This document shows, in pieces, positions 1 through 13,519 of a stretch of 64,000 nucleotides of DNA; position 1 is the first letter of the stretch; each line of letters begins with the position of its first letter. The stretch is taken from assembly GCA_964016885.1 (NCBI GenBank), contig OZ024740.1, forward strand, positions 396,242,001-396,306,000, in the 5' to 3' direction. The DNA is from Eledone cirrhosa (Eukaryota). The translations under genes were made by a program, and so were the position numbers. The notes below the pieces were generated by a model. The model was not told the origin of the DNA. It did not search any database and saw nothing but the letters and a program-made list of their open reading frames with translations.

Positions 1-899
1 ACTACAATGTAGTCAGTAATATAGACCTAAGCACTGTACACTAACATTTCAATCACTGTTATAAAACTTGTACGTTTCATTTAGTTTCATTTCATTGTCG
101 AGTTTTTCTTTTCACTATTAATTTTTATTTTACCATCTGTTAAAGCAAAGCTTTACCAATTATCTTTATCATAAATTTATACCATTAATGTAATATTTAT
201 TATATTCAACATTTTAGTGTTATTTTCCCTGTGTTTTACTTCGTATTAACTACCCTAACAAAAACCAGTTAATTTCTTAGTCTTATAAAATGCAACTTAT
301 AACTATGACTAAATACTGGTTGTGGTAAATAAATCCTTATCTTATAAATGTTTGACCCTGTGTATTATTAATCATCGAATAATCTAATCCAAGGGGAAAC
401 TGAATTCTTTGTAAAATAAATGATAAATTTGAACCGCAAGGTATCATCAATTTAACTCTTGGTAAACAGTCGTTATTGCCTAGCAGACGATAATTAATTG
501 CACTAAAATGAATGACCATTTAAAAAAAAGAACGTTCTTCTCCGTTGCCACTACCACGATCATCATCTGCATTAACCAACATTCGTACATATTAACACAA
601 GTACATGATTAATTATATTGATTTTTTGAGAATTTTTGCTTGACAACTTTATCAGGATCCTGCTAAGTTTTTCATATGGGGGAGGGGGGGTTTAATGCTT
701 GGTATAGAGTCCTTGCCACAACATTGATCAAGGAACTTGGTTAAATGAAAGGTTCCAAATGTGAACTGTGTACACTCTAATATATCCTTAATATGGTTAT
801 AATAAGCTAACATGTCAGATCTTTTTTTCCCTAATTGAAAGTTCAGGCTGCTACAGTACTTTAAACACTACTTGTCATACACAGCTGACTGGTTCCACA

Positions 900-1745
900 A
901 TGCAGTTGGGACATGACAACATGGAGCCTCGATATGTTTTGTATCAAGCTCAACAAAAACATTGCAGAAACCTATGAAATAGTCGAAACTACTTACCTAC
1001 TAATATTCATGAGCTGGGTGACTGTTTTCCACTAGGGCAGGGAGAAGAACATCAGGACGCCAAAGTTGGTCAATAAGATTCACAAATTTCTGGATGAAGA
1101 CCATCATTCATTTCTTCTGACGATTGCTAAACAATTTGAAGTGGCTGGGGGCACTGCACTGTCATTCATGATGATCTGAACATGCACAAAGTTCATTCCT
1201 AGGATGTTCAATGAATATCAAAGGCAGAGGTGCGTTGATGACAGCAGGGAGATGGTCAAGTGGATTGCTTCAAATCCAAGTGTGACTTGAGTCTCTGGTA
1301 ACCTGTGACAAGAGCTGGGTTTACTGTTATGACCAAGAGACAGAGTGCCCAGTGGAAACATTCTGACTCCCCAAGACCCAAGAAGGCTAGGCAAAGATGG
1401 TCGACTGGGACTCTCATGGTGATCCCATTCTTCGATAGCTTTTGTTGCAAGAGACCAGAATTCTTCAAGTCTGGTCAGTGGCACCTGCCACAAATACATC
1501 CTGGCCGATATGGGAATCAAGACTTCTGCATCCTCCCTATAGTCCAGACTTAGCCCCATGCGACTTCTGGATGTTCCCAAAGCTGAAGTAGACGCTCAGA
1601 GGAATCTGCTTTAAGGATGAGAAGGAGATGGAGGCTGTGACAAGCACCCTGGACACCTTCACTTTGGAGGACTACAAATGCATTGAAGTTGGAGGATCTT
1701 TCTTTGAAGGAGACTAGTGTTTTGTGTTGATCTGAGTTAAATAAA
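900..1745 (+). mobile_element. Decayed mariner-type transposase remnant
   Basis: Frameshifted pieces read ..WVYCYD../KRQSAQWKHSDSPRPKKARQ../HPPYSPDLAPCDFWMFPKLK, the typical mariner YSPDLAPxD motif. Boundaries are approximate. Confidence 0.8.
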
Positions 1746-2347
1746 TGTTTCTCTGATAAAAGTCTCAATAACTCTTGAGTGTACCTCATATAGTCAACTT
1801 TCACAACATCAGACGTCAATAGAGTCACTGAATTCTTTTCCTTCCATAATGGTCCCTCTTCCATTGATGTGGAAACTTCTGATCTTGTTTTCAACCCTTC
1901 ACTTTCTCTCTAAGATGTCAAACCTTTTACAATTACTCAAAAAACATCAACATAATTGAGCTCTGTCACGGTCCTTTTTTATTTTAAAGAATTATTTGTT
2001 GAACCCTAAGGTAGATCACATTCTTAGACGATGGTTGGATCATGCTATGGAAGTGAAGGCTGAGATAAATGGCTAGAGATTGGGTTAAGTTGTTAAGAAG
2101 AGCTTAAGTGTTTGTAGAGTTAATGTGTCAGTCAGAGATACAAAGAGGTCAAGAGATGAACTGGTGTAAAGTGTTCATGATGGCAAATATTTCAGTCTAT
2201 GTTCCAAAAGAATTAGTATGAGAGGAAAGAGAAACAAATGTTGTGTATATTGAAGCTGACATGGATCTCCCACCCTTTTTTTTTTTATTTATTTTTCATT
2301 GATAACACAATTTTTTAAAAAATTATATTATTATTGCTTTTATATAG

Positions 2348-2413
2348 TCGAAAAAGAGAGGACTGAGTGTCGAAGAAAAGAGAAGTCGAATGATGGAATT
2401 TTTCTTTGAAAAG
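2348..2413 (+). CDS. MND1: Meiotic nuclear division protein 1, first located coding exon (SKKRGLSVEEKRSRMMEFFFEK)
   Basis: Preceded by tttatatAG and followed by GTaatg. The peptide matches the MND1 N-terminus minus the initiator Met, which is presumably in an unlocated upstream exon. Confidence 0.88.
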
Positions 2414-2997
2414 GTAATGCTTTTCCCCAAATTGTCATACTAAATTCATAAATGGACAATATTTAAATTGTTTAATGTCTGAAAATATGTAAATGCTATA
2501 AAATGAAAAGTACCTCTTCAAATCACTCTATAATGATTTAACAGAGAATATCTAAAAACATGTTTGTTAATTCAAATGTTTATAGTATCTTTACTACTAG
2601 TGGACAGATCATTATGAAAATTTGTAGTAAACTAAAGACTAATTTTTAATACTAATACTATTGTTTTGTACTTTTCATGTGGTACAGGATGTTAAGTTGT
2701 CTTTTAAATATGGCTGTTCTAACTGTCCTTTTTATCTGAAACTCTTGATATTCTGAAAGAAAGAAAATTATGTTTTCATCTTGCAAGTTTTTTAACTACA
2801 ATTTGGATATCTTAAAGGGAAGAAATGTAGTTTATTTGCCACTTTACAGCGTGTACTAGGTGCTTTTATCATATAGATCACCTACACTTGGGAGATTATC
2901 GTGTCCTTTTCATAACTGGAGGATCCGCCAAACCCTTTCTCTAATATTAATAAGATGCACAGTACAGAGTACCCGACCTCCCATGGGTACAAGCTGA

Positions 2998-3294
2998 AGC
3001 ATATAGACAATATGCCCCCACACCCCCCACCGCAAGGTGGTCGTGGAGGTGCCACGGCAAAAAAGCACCCAGCCCACACTGTAAAGTGGACGTGTAGGCG
3101 CCACGCAAAAGCACCCAGCACTCACTGTAAATGAGGTTGGTGTTAGGAAGGGCATCCAGCTGTAGAAATCAAGCCAAATCAGTTCCTGTATGAGCAAGGC
3201 ATGGTCAGCCGACCAGACACTGCCCACGACAGGACAACCCGTCTAACCCATGCTAGCGTGGAAGAACGGACGTAAAACGGTGATGATGATGATG
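2998..3294 (+). mobile_element. RTE-type 3' tail fragment (SINE tail or LINE 3' UTR) ending in (GAT)n
   Basis: Contains ggtgttaggaagggcatccagctgtagaaa and ends aacccatgctagcgtggaa..gacgtaaaacgg(tga)n, shared with the copies at 32205, 37752 and 38909. Confidence 0.7.
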
Positions 3295-4776
3295 CACATA
3301 TTGATATTGGTTTAAACATAATTTAGTTACTTTTGGGGCTAAATTTCTCAAGTTTAAGGAATTTTATACTACACTCTAAACACAACTTATTTGAAATATC
3401 AGATGCAAGACCACATATTTATAGACAAAAGGAGTTATATTCATTTTAGAGGGCCATGATAGAATCAAAAGTGGTGCTGCATTAGAATTTTTATCACCAA
3501 ACTAATGAAATGCTCTAAAAAGCTAGTGTTGTTACTGTTGAAATCAGTTATTGATCTCTGTACCTGGTTCCCCTTATACCATGTATATTCATTCATGGAT
3601 GTTTCTGTGCTGGAAGGTGTCCATAATAGAGTCCATTTGTATTTAGATCGGGATCGCTGTATTTCTCAATCACTCCTTTCCATGTCAGGTGGTCAGTGTC
3701 AACATATTCATTGAAGTCTCCCATCAGGATATATGACTGTCTTAACTACATCTAATGCTGCAGTGACTTCATGAAGGAAGGATCTGTATTCAGACTTCTT
3801 GTTTGGTGCATCAACTTACACCACCCACAAGCATATCCTCCCTCCTTATGGTATCCAGTCCATAACACATTCTGACAGCCAGGGGCTTGTAAGTATCCCC
3901 ATTCCCACCTGTGCAGTCATTTCTGGTGCCACACCTGAATAGTGGAGTTTTCATCCTCCATCCAAATCTACAGTACCAGAGCTATAGAACTTTATTGAGG
4001 AAACCCTGACTATCTCTATCCAGTAGCATCTAGCCTCCTCTACTACATTGGAATTTTTATTTTGTCCAATATCAACTGATTTGTAAGTGATATTTTCAAA
4101 ATTCTGTTGTATCAAAATTGCCAAATCAATTGCAAACTTGTTAACTATGTCTTGCATCTTTTACAAATGCATGCACACACATTATTATTTTCTAAGACCA
4201 GTGAGATCAATGCTGTTAACATTTCACATAAGCTGTTGTAAGTTGACAACTGCAGAGAAGGAATTCCAGAGTGTCAACATTCTGGAGAAGGACTTTTTTA
4301 AAGAATATATTGAATTTGAATTTGAAAAATTTAGTTATTGGTTTCAAATTAACATCCATTCTTAGACTTGGTTGGCTGAATCTGATTTAGCTTTCTTTCT
4401 TCTGGAGAAAGCACCTTAGTCAGAATTCACATGTGAAGTGTTTCTCAGAAATTAAGGTTATTTTGTTAATAAAAACTTGGATAGTTAGAGGTGAAATATT
4501 GGTGAAAATACCTGAAAGGATAGAGAGCCTCATAATGAATAATACTCCAGTCTTCCTGACCATTCATGTTCAATATCAGATGCAACAGAGAATCAACAAG
4601 CTTAGAAGCAACCTGTAATTAACGAGAGTGGAGTACAGTCAGCAAATGGAAAAGTCATTCAAGGAAGATGAATGAGTGTAATGATTTGAATATGTTTATT
4701 TCTTCAAGTTCCATTTTTACAACGTGAGAGGCTTGTGATAAAATTAGATTTTACTGATTGTTTCTTGTCTTTGCAG

Positions 4777-4950
4777 AAAGATTTCTTTCAATTAAAAGAA
4801 TTGGAAAAGTTCTGCCAGAAGGAAAAAGGAATCACTTCAATGTCTGTGAAAGAAATTCTTACTAGCCTTGTTGATGATGGAATGGTAGACACTGAGAAAA
4901 TTGGTACTTCTGTTTATTTTTGGGCATTTCCTAGCAAAGCAAGTCAAACT
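4777..4950 (+). CDS. MND1: MND1 coding exon ([11 protein letters not shown]...[27 protein letters not shown])
   Basis: ttgcAG acceptor, GTgagt donor, 174 nt, phase 0. Contains the signature [23 protein letters not shown]. Confidence 0.95.
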
Positions 4951-5129
4951 GTGAGTATTCGCATTATTATAAGTTTTTGGTCAATTTAATTTAGATATAA
5001 CTATAGTTTATTAATTTAATTTAGATATAACTATAGTTTATTAATTAGAAGCATTATCAGTGAAAGGATTGAAGTCTTGAAAATAAGTCTTCAGTGGTAC
5101 ACTAATTATTTAATGTTAATTTGCCAAAT

Positions 5130-5373
5130 CCTAAAATACCAGGAACTATCAAATAACTACTTTTTCCAACCTGTGGCGTTCAAATCTTTTGGTGGAGTTG
5201 GGTCACTGACAGCAAAGTTCTTGTCATCATTAACAGCTCGCCTTACCAAGGTCTCAGGTGATGCCCGTGAGGGTGCCTGGTTGTTTCAGCACCATAGCCT
5301 TGCCATCACCCACGGTAATGCTGCAAGCGTGTTACTTGCCTCGAATATTTCCATTGACCCTTGTAGTGTGTGA
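5130..5373 (+). mobile_element. 3' fragment of a CRE-like (restriction-like endonuclease) non-LTR retrotransposon
   Basis: YFFQPVAFKSFG...FLSSL..RL...SGDAREGAWLFQHHSLAITHGNAASVL resembles the C-terminal 'QRLSxAxQRGNAASIL' block of CRE-clade ORFs. Confidence 0.65.
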
Positions 5374-6174
5374 CCAATTGACACACTTGGTAGTGAATTG
5401 ATAGTTTTTTTGCTTGTTTTGTTTTTTCTTGCTTTGATCATATATTTTTGTACATTATATTTATAAGGTTCCTAGCAATAATTAATTGTATTTATTATAT
5501 TTTCGTTCTGTAAGAAGTATTTATTAAGTATTCTACATATTATTTGTGTCTATATTTTCATTCTGTAAGCATATTATTATATTTATGATATAATCAAATC
5601 CCGCCGAGGTTAACTTTGCCTTTCATCTTTACGGGGTTGATAAAATAAAGTACCAGTAATGTACTGGGTAATTTGCTGGCCTTGTGCCAAAAATAGAAAC
5701 AATTATATTATTATATTTATAGAAGAGTAATAATAATGATATTTTTTGGTGGTAATAAAAAATATATGTGTTTTTCAAATATGCATATGCCCAAATATTA
5801 GAATGTGCCAAAGGTTGTTCTAAGGTGTGAACTCATGACATTGTAGTCAGTAGTCTCTTAATTTAATTATATAACAGTTGTGACATTTTATTTCTGTTTT
5901 CCCTTCATTTTTCTATGTAAAGAGAAGAAAACTTGTTTTTGTGTTTAATTTAGCGAAATAGACTAAGGAGAGTTAGTTACCCTCTGTTCAGTTTCTGAAC
6001 AAAGTACCTAATAACTGCTTAAGGGTGATAGGTTGGTTGAGCTACCTCTACATTGAATAATTTCCACACCAATTCAGTTTTTTTTCTCATTCACCATTCA
6101 CATTCATACCAGTGTCATTTCTACTGCATACAGTGAAAGAGATTCAACTACTTCATAATGATTTTTTTGAGAAG

Positions 6175-6490
6175 ATGCATGCCATAGTGGTTAAGGTTTG
6201 GGGCTCACAATCATAAAGTATGAATTCAGTACTTGTACCAAGCAGCCTGTTGTATCCTTGAGTATGATACTTTATTCCACGTTACTCCAGTCCACTCAGC
6301 TGAAAAAAATAAGTTGTTTCTGTAATTCAGTGTATTAGCCTTGTCACACACTCTGCCATGCTGAATTTCCCTGAGAATTGTGTTAAGAGTACATGTATTT
6401 GTAGAATGCCCTGCCTCTTGTATGTTAATTTAATGAGCAGGCTGCTCTATTATTTGAGCAACTCGTACATTCATTGTTGAATTGATAGAG
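6175..6490 (+). mobile_element. tRNA-derived CORE-type SINE (related copies about 10075-10370 and 40085-40350)
   Basis: A/B-box-like head, then tgtatccttgag..atactttattccacgttactccagtccactcagctg (CORE-like). The tail is shared with the 10080 copy. Confidence 0.6.
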
Positions 6491-6847
6491 GTCCAACAAC
6501 AAAGCACAACAACGATTTTTTAATATCAATATAGAGTCAAGTGAATCTATCCCTGTACATGATTGCTACTTTATTTAAACTCAGAATGTAAAGTCTATGA
6601 ACAAATTTCATAAATTATTTTGTCTAACGCTATTTTCTTAATCCACCGAATAATATCAATAATCATTTCTGACACAGTCAGAAAAGCCACACAATTGGGT
6701 GGGAGTAGTTGATAAAATTGACCCTGAAACTTGACTGGTATTTTATCGACTCTAGAAATATGAAAGAAAAGATGTCCTTAGCAGGATTTGAACTCAGAAC
6801 AAATACTCCAGGGCATTTATATGCCCACACTAAAAAGTCTTAAGTCT

Positions 6848-7095
6848 GTGTCAAGCCTGGCGGCTCATTAGGCCAGTGCCTATCCCAGTTTTCTTGGCAT
6901 TAATTGACTGAGAGTACAAGACTTTTCCCTGGATAGGATGCCAGTCCATTGCAGGAACAAAACCCCATCAACTGCTGGTACTCATTTTCGGCTGAGTATA
7001 CTGGAGCAATGTGAAATGAAATGTTTTACTGAAGAACACAACTCAACCTGGTCCAGGAATAGAACCCATGACATTATAATCATAAACTCACCAAC
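6848..7095 (-). mobile_element. CORE-type SINE with a different tail
   Basis: The reverse strand has ggttctattcc (B box), CORE-like atttcacattgctccagtatactcagc and the tail tgcaatggactggcatcctatccaggg. Confidence 0.55.
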
Positions 7096-7608
7096 CTTTA
7101 ATAATAATAATCACACAGACAAATTCATACCCAAAACCCAAGGACTTATAAATATATTCTGCATACAAAAGATAACAGTACTAGGCAATGCACACATATG
7201 AAAAGTAGTATCAATACAATAGAAACATCAGTAAAAACTACACTGCTTTGCTCGGTAAATCAGTAATGATGTGCAATAAAAATAATAATGGAAATAATAG
7301 TAATAAATTGGCTGTACATGAAATGCACAGTTGGAGGGAGAGGATTGATAAGTGTGACAGAATGTGTTGAGAGAGAGAAGCCATTAACTACCACCTAAAT
7401 AGTAATGAAAGGCTTTAGCAGTAATGGGCTTACAAAAGGAAAATGTAAACAATAAAAAAAATAGTTTAAGTGGTACATCTCTATGGAGAAAATAAAAGCA
7501 GTAGTTGGAAAATCATTGCATGACCAATTTGGACAACAAAAATCTGAGTTAAAGACTGCTATTAATAGTCAAATTTGTATAATTCTTACAGTTTCTAGGA
7601 CAGTATAT

Positions 7609-8166
7609 TCATCATCATCATCATCATCATCATCAACGTTTAACGTCCATGTTCCACGCTTGCATGGGTTTGGACGGGGGTATTCCCACTTGAGGCAAGA
7701 GTGATTGTCTTGCTCGCATAGGACTGTCTGGCAGGTTTTCTACAGTTGGATGCCCTTCCTAACACCAACCACATTTACAGTGTGGGTCTGGGAGGTTTTT
7801 ACCGTGTTGCCTACACGGCCACATTACAGCGTGGACTGTGTGTTTTTTGTCGTGACACCTACACGATCTCATTTGTTTCGGCCTGGATGGCGTGGTACCA
7901 ACATAACTTTACATAGAAGGGGGTGGGGTGGTGGGACGGGGTGTATTTTGTTAGAGATGCCTACTGGCTGTAGTAGGTTTTACCATGTATTTAGGTAAGG
8001 CGGGTCTTCTCTGTTACTGAGTACCGCCAAAGGTCTCGGTCCAGTGACATTGTCTTGGAGAGGTGTAAGTGTGTGAGGTCGGAGTTTATCAGCTCGTCCC
8101 AGGTTTTTCTAGGTCTGCCTATTCCGTGGCTACCGTCTATCTTTATTGCTCTGCACTTTGTTATAC
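7609..8166 (-). mobile_element. 5'-truncated young RTE LINE copy (ORF C-terminus, 3' UTR, (GAT)n tail)
   Basis: Near-identical to 15040-15585. Encodes ...GRPRKTWDELINSDL...EKTRLT*. Confidence 0.92.
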
Positions 8167-8169
8167 TTC

Positions 8170-8940
8170 CGAAAAGTGTTAGTAACATATTTCTTGTGTA
8201 TGGTTGTTTTCATTTCATCATTAAAGGGAACTTCTGAAATTTGTAGTTCATTAGAGCATTTGTGTGCATCTTTTGTAATGGAGTATGATCTTTTTCTGTT
8301 TTCATGTTTCAGGACAAGTTTAAGAATTCAATCATTTGATTCCTTTAAATAGGTAGATAATTAAGTTGTTGCAGTTTTCAAAAAAATATCTTACTGGATT
8401 AATCCACGGCCCCCTTCTTTCTTAGGTAGATAAAAACTGTCTATATCTGCCTAGGGTGATGCAATTTTGTGTATTGTTAATAGTTTTCTAATTTTTGTAT
8501 CACATTTACAGATCCCTGTGCTTGACCAGTTAGTGATATTGAAACTAAGTTACTAATGGAATGGCAAGTGTGTTTATGGCATCAATCCTATTCCTTGCAT
8601 TTTGTTCTTGCTCTGTGTTAACATTCATTCCTTGATCTTTTGACTCATTGTCAACTGTTTAATTCTGTCTTCACACACACCTAGATATTTATAAGTTTCT
8701 TCTTCTTCAAGTTTTCTTATCACTTTGCCCTGATCAAGACTAGTGTCTGACGTTTTCAACAGTTTTTCTCTGATAAATATGGTTTTGGTGCACTTATCTA
8801 GTCCAAATTCCATTTTAATATCATCACTAAACTGCTTTACAGAGGATAATAGCCCTTGCAACTGTTTGTTATTTTTTTGCAAGTAGTTTCAAATTAACCA
8901 TGTTGAATAAGTGATTTATAGTTTTGTCATAAACTCATGA
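8170..8940 (-). mobile_element. Decayed RT fragment of an R4/Dong-like non-LTR element
   Basis: INHLFNMxxLKL..KQFSDDIKMEFGLDKC...EEETYKYLGV are RT motifs of the HLLYMDDLKL/FGLDKC type. Confidence 0.65.
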
Positions 8941-9290
8941 GACTGAGAAGGCATTTACCCAAAAATTTGGTATTCTGTCTTTCTCTGGAGATTTCCACTT
9001 GCTGGATTTTCTAAGATCTGAACACAAATGTTCAAATGTAATGTCTTCCCATCACGGCCACTTTACAGAATTCACTGCAGTAAAATTTCATATAAAACAA
9101 TAAATTAATAAATATTGAATAAACGTTTGCCCCATTCTTCTCCAAAACAGTAGACTTATCTAAAGAGCACTATTTTGGGGAGCAGTATGACCTTGTAATA
9201 AATAATTCAATTCTTGAACCACAGTCATATTTGCCTAATGATAATTCTGATATTTGTATCTGCCAAAACAACATCTATGTTTTATTTCAG

Positions 9291-9398
9291 ATGAAGAAAA
9301 AGCTGAATGATTTGAATAAAAAAGTTGAGGACAATCTAAAAAAAAAAGAATCTCTGGAGAAACTAGTGACTGAATCAAAAACAAAAAGGAAAGACAAT
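9291..9398 (+). CDS. MND1: MND1 coding exon (coiled coil, MKKKLNDL...KRKDN)
   Basis: tttcAG acceptor, GTaatc donor, 108 nt, phase 0/0, consistent with the flanking exons. Confidence 0.85.
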
Positions 9399-9724
9399 GT
9401 AATCTGGTTTTGTTATTTGTATTTATTTAATTTTAATATTTGAGACTATTTTACTGTTTCACATTCATTTTTGTTTTCTATACAAGAAGAGTACAGTGTG
9501 ATTTTTTATTTGGGCATATGCATATTGTTGGTTCATTAGCTTTCACAGCTGAATGCCTTTCAAACTGCTCACTGCCCGGTTTTGAATTAGAAATGGAACT
9601 TATTACCGACAAAATGTATTGAGCAAACAGAGCTATATGCCTTATCTCAAGGGTAATAATAAGGTTTGAATACAGCGTGTTCAATAGAATAGCAAGTTTT
9701 AACTCATGGCCCACAGGTCTTTAA

Positions 9725-9954
9725 CCTTTTTAAAACCCACCCACCCAAAACTACCTCTAGTTCTATGAAATATAATCACCCATTTTAAAGGGTACCTATT
9801 TGAAATTAAAATTTGCCAACATAATTTGATATTAGAATGTTTTGTTATGTTACAAATCCCATCTTAATGAAATAAGTATTAATATTAGTAAATCCCTCAA
9901 AATTCTTCATTAATTGATTCCAACACTTTCATCAAAAATATGGTAACAAAAGGG
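9725..9954. mobile_element. TTAA-flanked MITE (piggyBac-like ends)
   Basis: TTAA at 9721 and 9955, with imperfect TIRs cctttttaaaacc / ggtaacaaaaggg. Similar ends occur near 31350 and 50220. Confidence 0.5.
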
Positions 9955-12090
9955 TTAACTATACAATCACCATTCACCTTGCATACATAACATTGGTTTC
10001 TTAGCTACATGTTAAGCTAAGAGAAATTGGGAATTTTCTTATTTATGTTTCTTGCAAGCGCATACTTTATTATGAAGACATATGGCTTAATGGCATTGGG
10101 TTTCATTCCCAAACTGGGCAACACATTGTGTTCTTGAGCAAGACACTTTATTTCATGTTGCTCCAGTCCACTCAGCTGATAAAAATGAGTTCTACCTGTA
10201 ATTCAAGAGGCCAGCCTTGTCATACATTGAACCATGCTGAATCTCCTTGAAAACTATGTTAAGAGTACATGTGTCTGTGGAATGCTCAGGCACTGACACG
10301 TTAATTTCAAGAGCGGGCAGTTCCATTGATTGAATCAACTGGAACACTTGTCAGAAATGACAGCGATCCAACAATTTAATTGTCTAGGGATGCAATAATA
10401 TGCACCTCTATGCCAGAATGCATCACTCAATTTTGTTAATGCAATCCAGAGGAAAACACAATATGTCTAGCATCAATTTAGCTACATGGCAAGAATAGCT
10501 AACTAAAACATACAGAAGGATATAGACTCAAACAGTTATATGTATTAGCCCTGACCTTGTTTATGCATCTCATAGCCATCTATGAATAGGTCTTTTTCAT
10601 GATCATCATCATTATTTAACATTGCTTTTCCATGTTGGTTTAGGTTCAGTGAGTTATCACGGACCATGTCAATACATAAATGGAGATACCTCTCAGATGC
10701 ACCAGGGGCCATTTACCTACATTCCAGCACTTTATAGAGTGCATAGGGTGCATTTTATCATGGCATCTGCAAGTTTTCTACAGCTGGATGCCCTTCTTAA
10801 TGCCAACCACATTACAGGGTGTATTGGATGCATTTAACCATGGCACTGGAGAGGTTATTGTGCCTTTTACACAACTGAAGAGTCTCTCAACCTTTTGTTA
10901 GGCATGTGCTACAGCTGCATGCCCTTCCTGATGCCAACAACTTTACAGAGTGTACTGTGTGTATTTTTTCATGGCACTAGCACTGGAAAGGTTGTCATGT
11001 CCATGATGTGACTCTCAATCTTGTTTGATATGGTTTCTATGGATGTATGCTTTTCTTAATACTAACCATTTTACAGAGTGAACTAGGTGCCTTTTTATAG
11101 TTGTACCAGCATTAATGAAGTCATTGTCTCAAATGAAGAGCCTTCTCTACCCTATAAGAAAGATTGCTTTTGGTATAAAAAAAGATAAGTATGACAAATA
11201 TAGGATTTAATAGTGTAAGGTGAAGGATAAAAGTAGGTGGGAGTGATCTCAGAAATAGTGGGTGGAAGCATAATGATGTTGAGAAAAGTTAATAAACAGC
11301 AATGAAGTAAGGGTAGGGTATGAGCATGTTAAAATGGATCAGGTCACATCTGCACAAAGGATGCATTAGATGGGCAAGGGGTGTAGTAGATACAATAGCA
11401 GAAATAGAGGGGCATACCAGGCATTATGGTTTTATTAGCAGGTCTTCTCCAGTAGTACATGTTACCAATCATTGCAGTCCTTTTTCATCTGTCAAGCTGT
11501 TTAGCTTTCCAAGGTCAGACTTCACAACTTCATCCCGTGTCTTCTTTGGTCAAAGTGCCATGCACTTCTGTATATAGCTGCCATTTTCCATATGCATCAC
11601 ATGTCCATACCAGCAGAATCTTCTCTCTTGCACACTATATCAGATTCCTCTCATCCCAAGTTTTTTTTCCTCTCAGCTCATTTATGCTGTATCATTCATG
11701 TGCGTTAACATTACATATCTACCAGAATATACTTGCTTCATTTCATTCTAGCCTTTACAGAACTTCTGCGAGCAAGGCCCATGACTCATTGCCATGTAGC
11801 ATCACCATTTGCATGCCAGCATCATACAGTCTACTCTTCACTCAGAGAGAAAAGCCTTTTGTTATCATTTGTGCTAAATCTTCAGTATGTCATTAATTTA
11901 AATACGCCCACTAGTTTCTGTTGTTATATTCATCTAAGGTTATTTCTAGTTGTTTTTGTTTTAATGTAAACTTCTACCAAGTGACCCAAGACAATAATAT
12001 GAATGATATATGTTGTCAGATGGAGGGGAACACTAAATTTTTGGGAAAATATTTCAAATTAAAAATATCTACTTTTTTTTACTCCTTCAG

Positions 12091-12250
12091 GAAGAACGTG
12101 ATAATATCCTAAAGATGTTAGAAGAAGAGAAAGAAAAAAACAAGCAATTGGTATCTGAAATTGAACGCTTTCAAGAATGTGATCCTGATGTCATTGAAGG
12201 TGTAAAAAAGCAAGTAGTAGTGGCTAAAGAAACAATTAACCGGTGGACAG
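12091..12250 (+). CDS. MND1: MND1 coding exon (EERDNILK...ECDPDV...AKETINRWT)
   Basis: cttcAG acceptor, GTaaga donor, 160 nt ending in phase 1. Contains the conserved CDP and NRWT(D) motifs. Confidence 0.93.
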
Positions 12251-12323
12251 GTAAGAATTTCAATGATACAGGGGAGTTTCTTTTGATAAAATTAGATTAA
12301 CAATTGTAGATGATTTATATATA

Positions 12324-13163
12324 CAGGGTGCGGACGATATTTATTCGCAAGAAAAAATAACACAGTAGGAAAAAATAACACAGTAGTTTTATTTTTTAAG
12401 ATATATTTATCAAACTTGGGTCAGTTTATCTTCATGACTTGTTCTTTCAATCTCACTCGATAAACCCACCATTGGCTTTGATGACGGCCTCAAGGCAGCC
12501 TCGGAACTGGCTACAGGCCTTCATCACTGTCCTCCGACTTAGGCCCCTAAAGGCACTTGTGATCCTGGCCTTCAGATCGTCTTTCGTATTGCAGCTAGAT
12601 CTGTTGGTGTCTCGTTCCACTGCGCCCCACACAAAGAAGTCGAGGGGGTTGCAGTCAGGCGAGCTGGGAGGCCAGATGTCAGGTGAAGTGTGGTCGACGA
12701 AGTTCTCTGACAGCCAGGCTTGGGTCTTTTGGCTGGTATGGCAGGGCACTGAGTCTTGCCACATGTATGGCCTACCTGGTCGATCTAGGGCTTTACTACC
12801 TCGCTCAGAACGCGGATGTAGCCATTGGTGTTCAGCTTGAGGCCCTCAGGGAAGAAGTGAGGTGGCATGACGACACCTAAGACCAATGTTGTCGCTGGAA
12901 ACTTTGGATGAGACAGCAAGCCACCTGTTGTTCTGGGAGTTGATCTTCTGGTCTTATTTGTCCTCCCGGCGCAGATTCCAAGAAGAACTCCGTGTCTCTT
13001 CCACAAATTTAGAGGTTCAAAATTATTCATAATCAATTATTCTGAAAATAAATAATGGAAATATAGTCACTGTTTTTATGAAGACAAGAGTGACAATGGA
13101 AGTAAAAAAAATTTGCATAAAATTAGCTGTTGAAAATTGCAAACAAATATCGTCCACACCCTG
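12324..13163 (-). mobile_element. Internally deleted Tc1/mariner-superfamily (DD37D/maT-like) transposon with both TIRs
   Basis: TA|CAGGGTGCGGACGATATTT ... AAATATCGTCCACACCCTG|TA. Transposase C-terminus reads QDSVPCHT..WPPSSPDCNPLDFFVWG..LEAVIKANGGFIE. Confidence 0.9.
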
Positions 13164-13519
13164 TATATATGAAAGTCCACCCTGTAAAGTGGTAGTGTCT
13201 GAGTCATGATAAAATGCTCCTGATATATGCTGTAAATCGGTTGACATAGGAAAGGGTATCCAGCCATACAAACCATGTCAGAAACAAAGTATACAAGCAA
13301 GACATGGTCACCTAACCAGTCTAGCCATCTAATGCATGCAAGCCTAGAAAATATCATCATTATGAACTTTTAATGTCTATTTTCCAGCTGCTAGACTGGT
13401 TAGGTGACCACGTCTTGCCTGTATACTCTGTTTTTTTATTGGTTTTTATGGCTGGATGCTATTTCCTACACCAACTGTTTTACAGCATGTACCAGGACCA
13501 TTTTAATCATGACTCGGGC

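Noticed and set aside
1-2347. MND1 initiator (ATG-only) exon
   Set aside because: No convincing ATG|GT donor could be singled out. It may lie here or upstream of the window.
4984-5046. Two-copy 30-bp AT-rich tandem duplication
   Set aside because: Ordinary slippage duplication in an intron.
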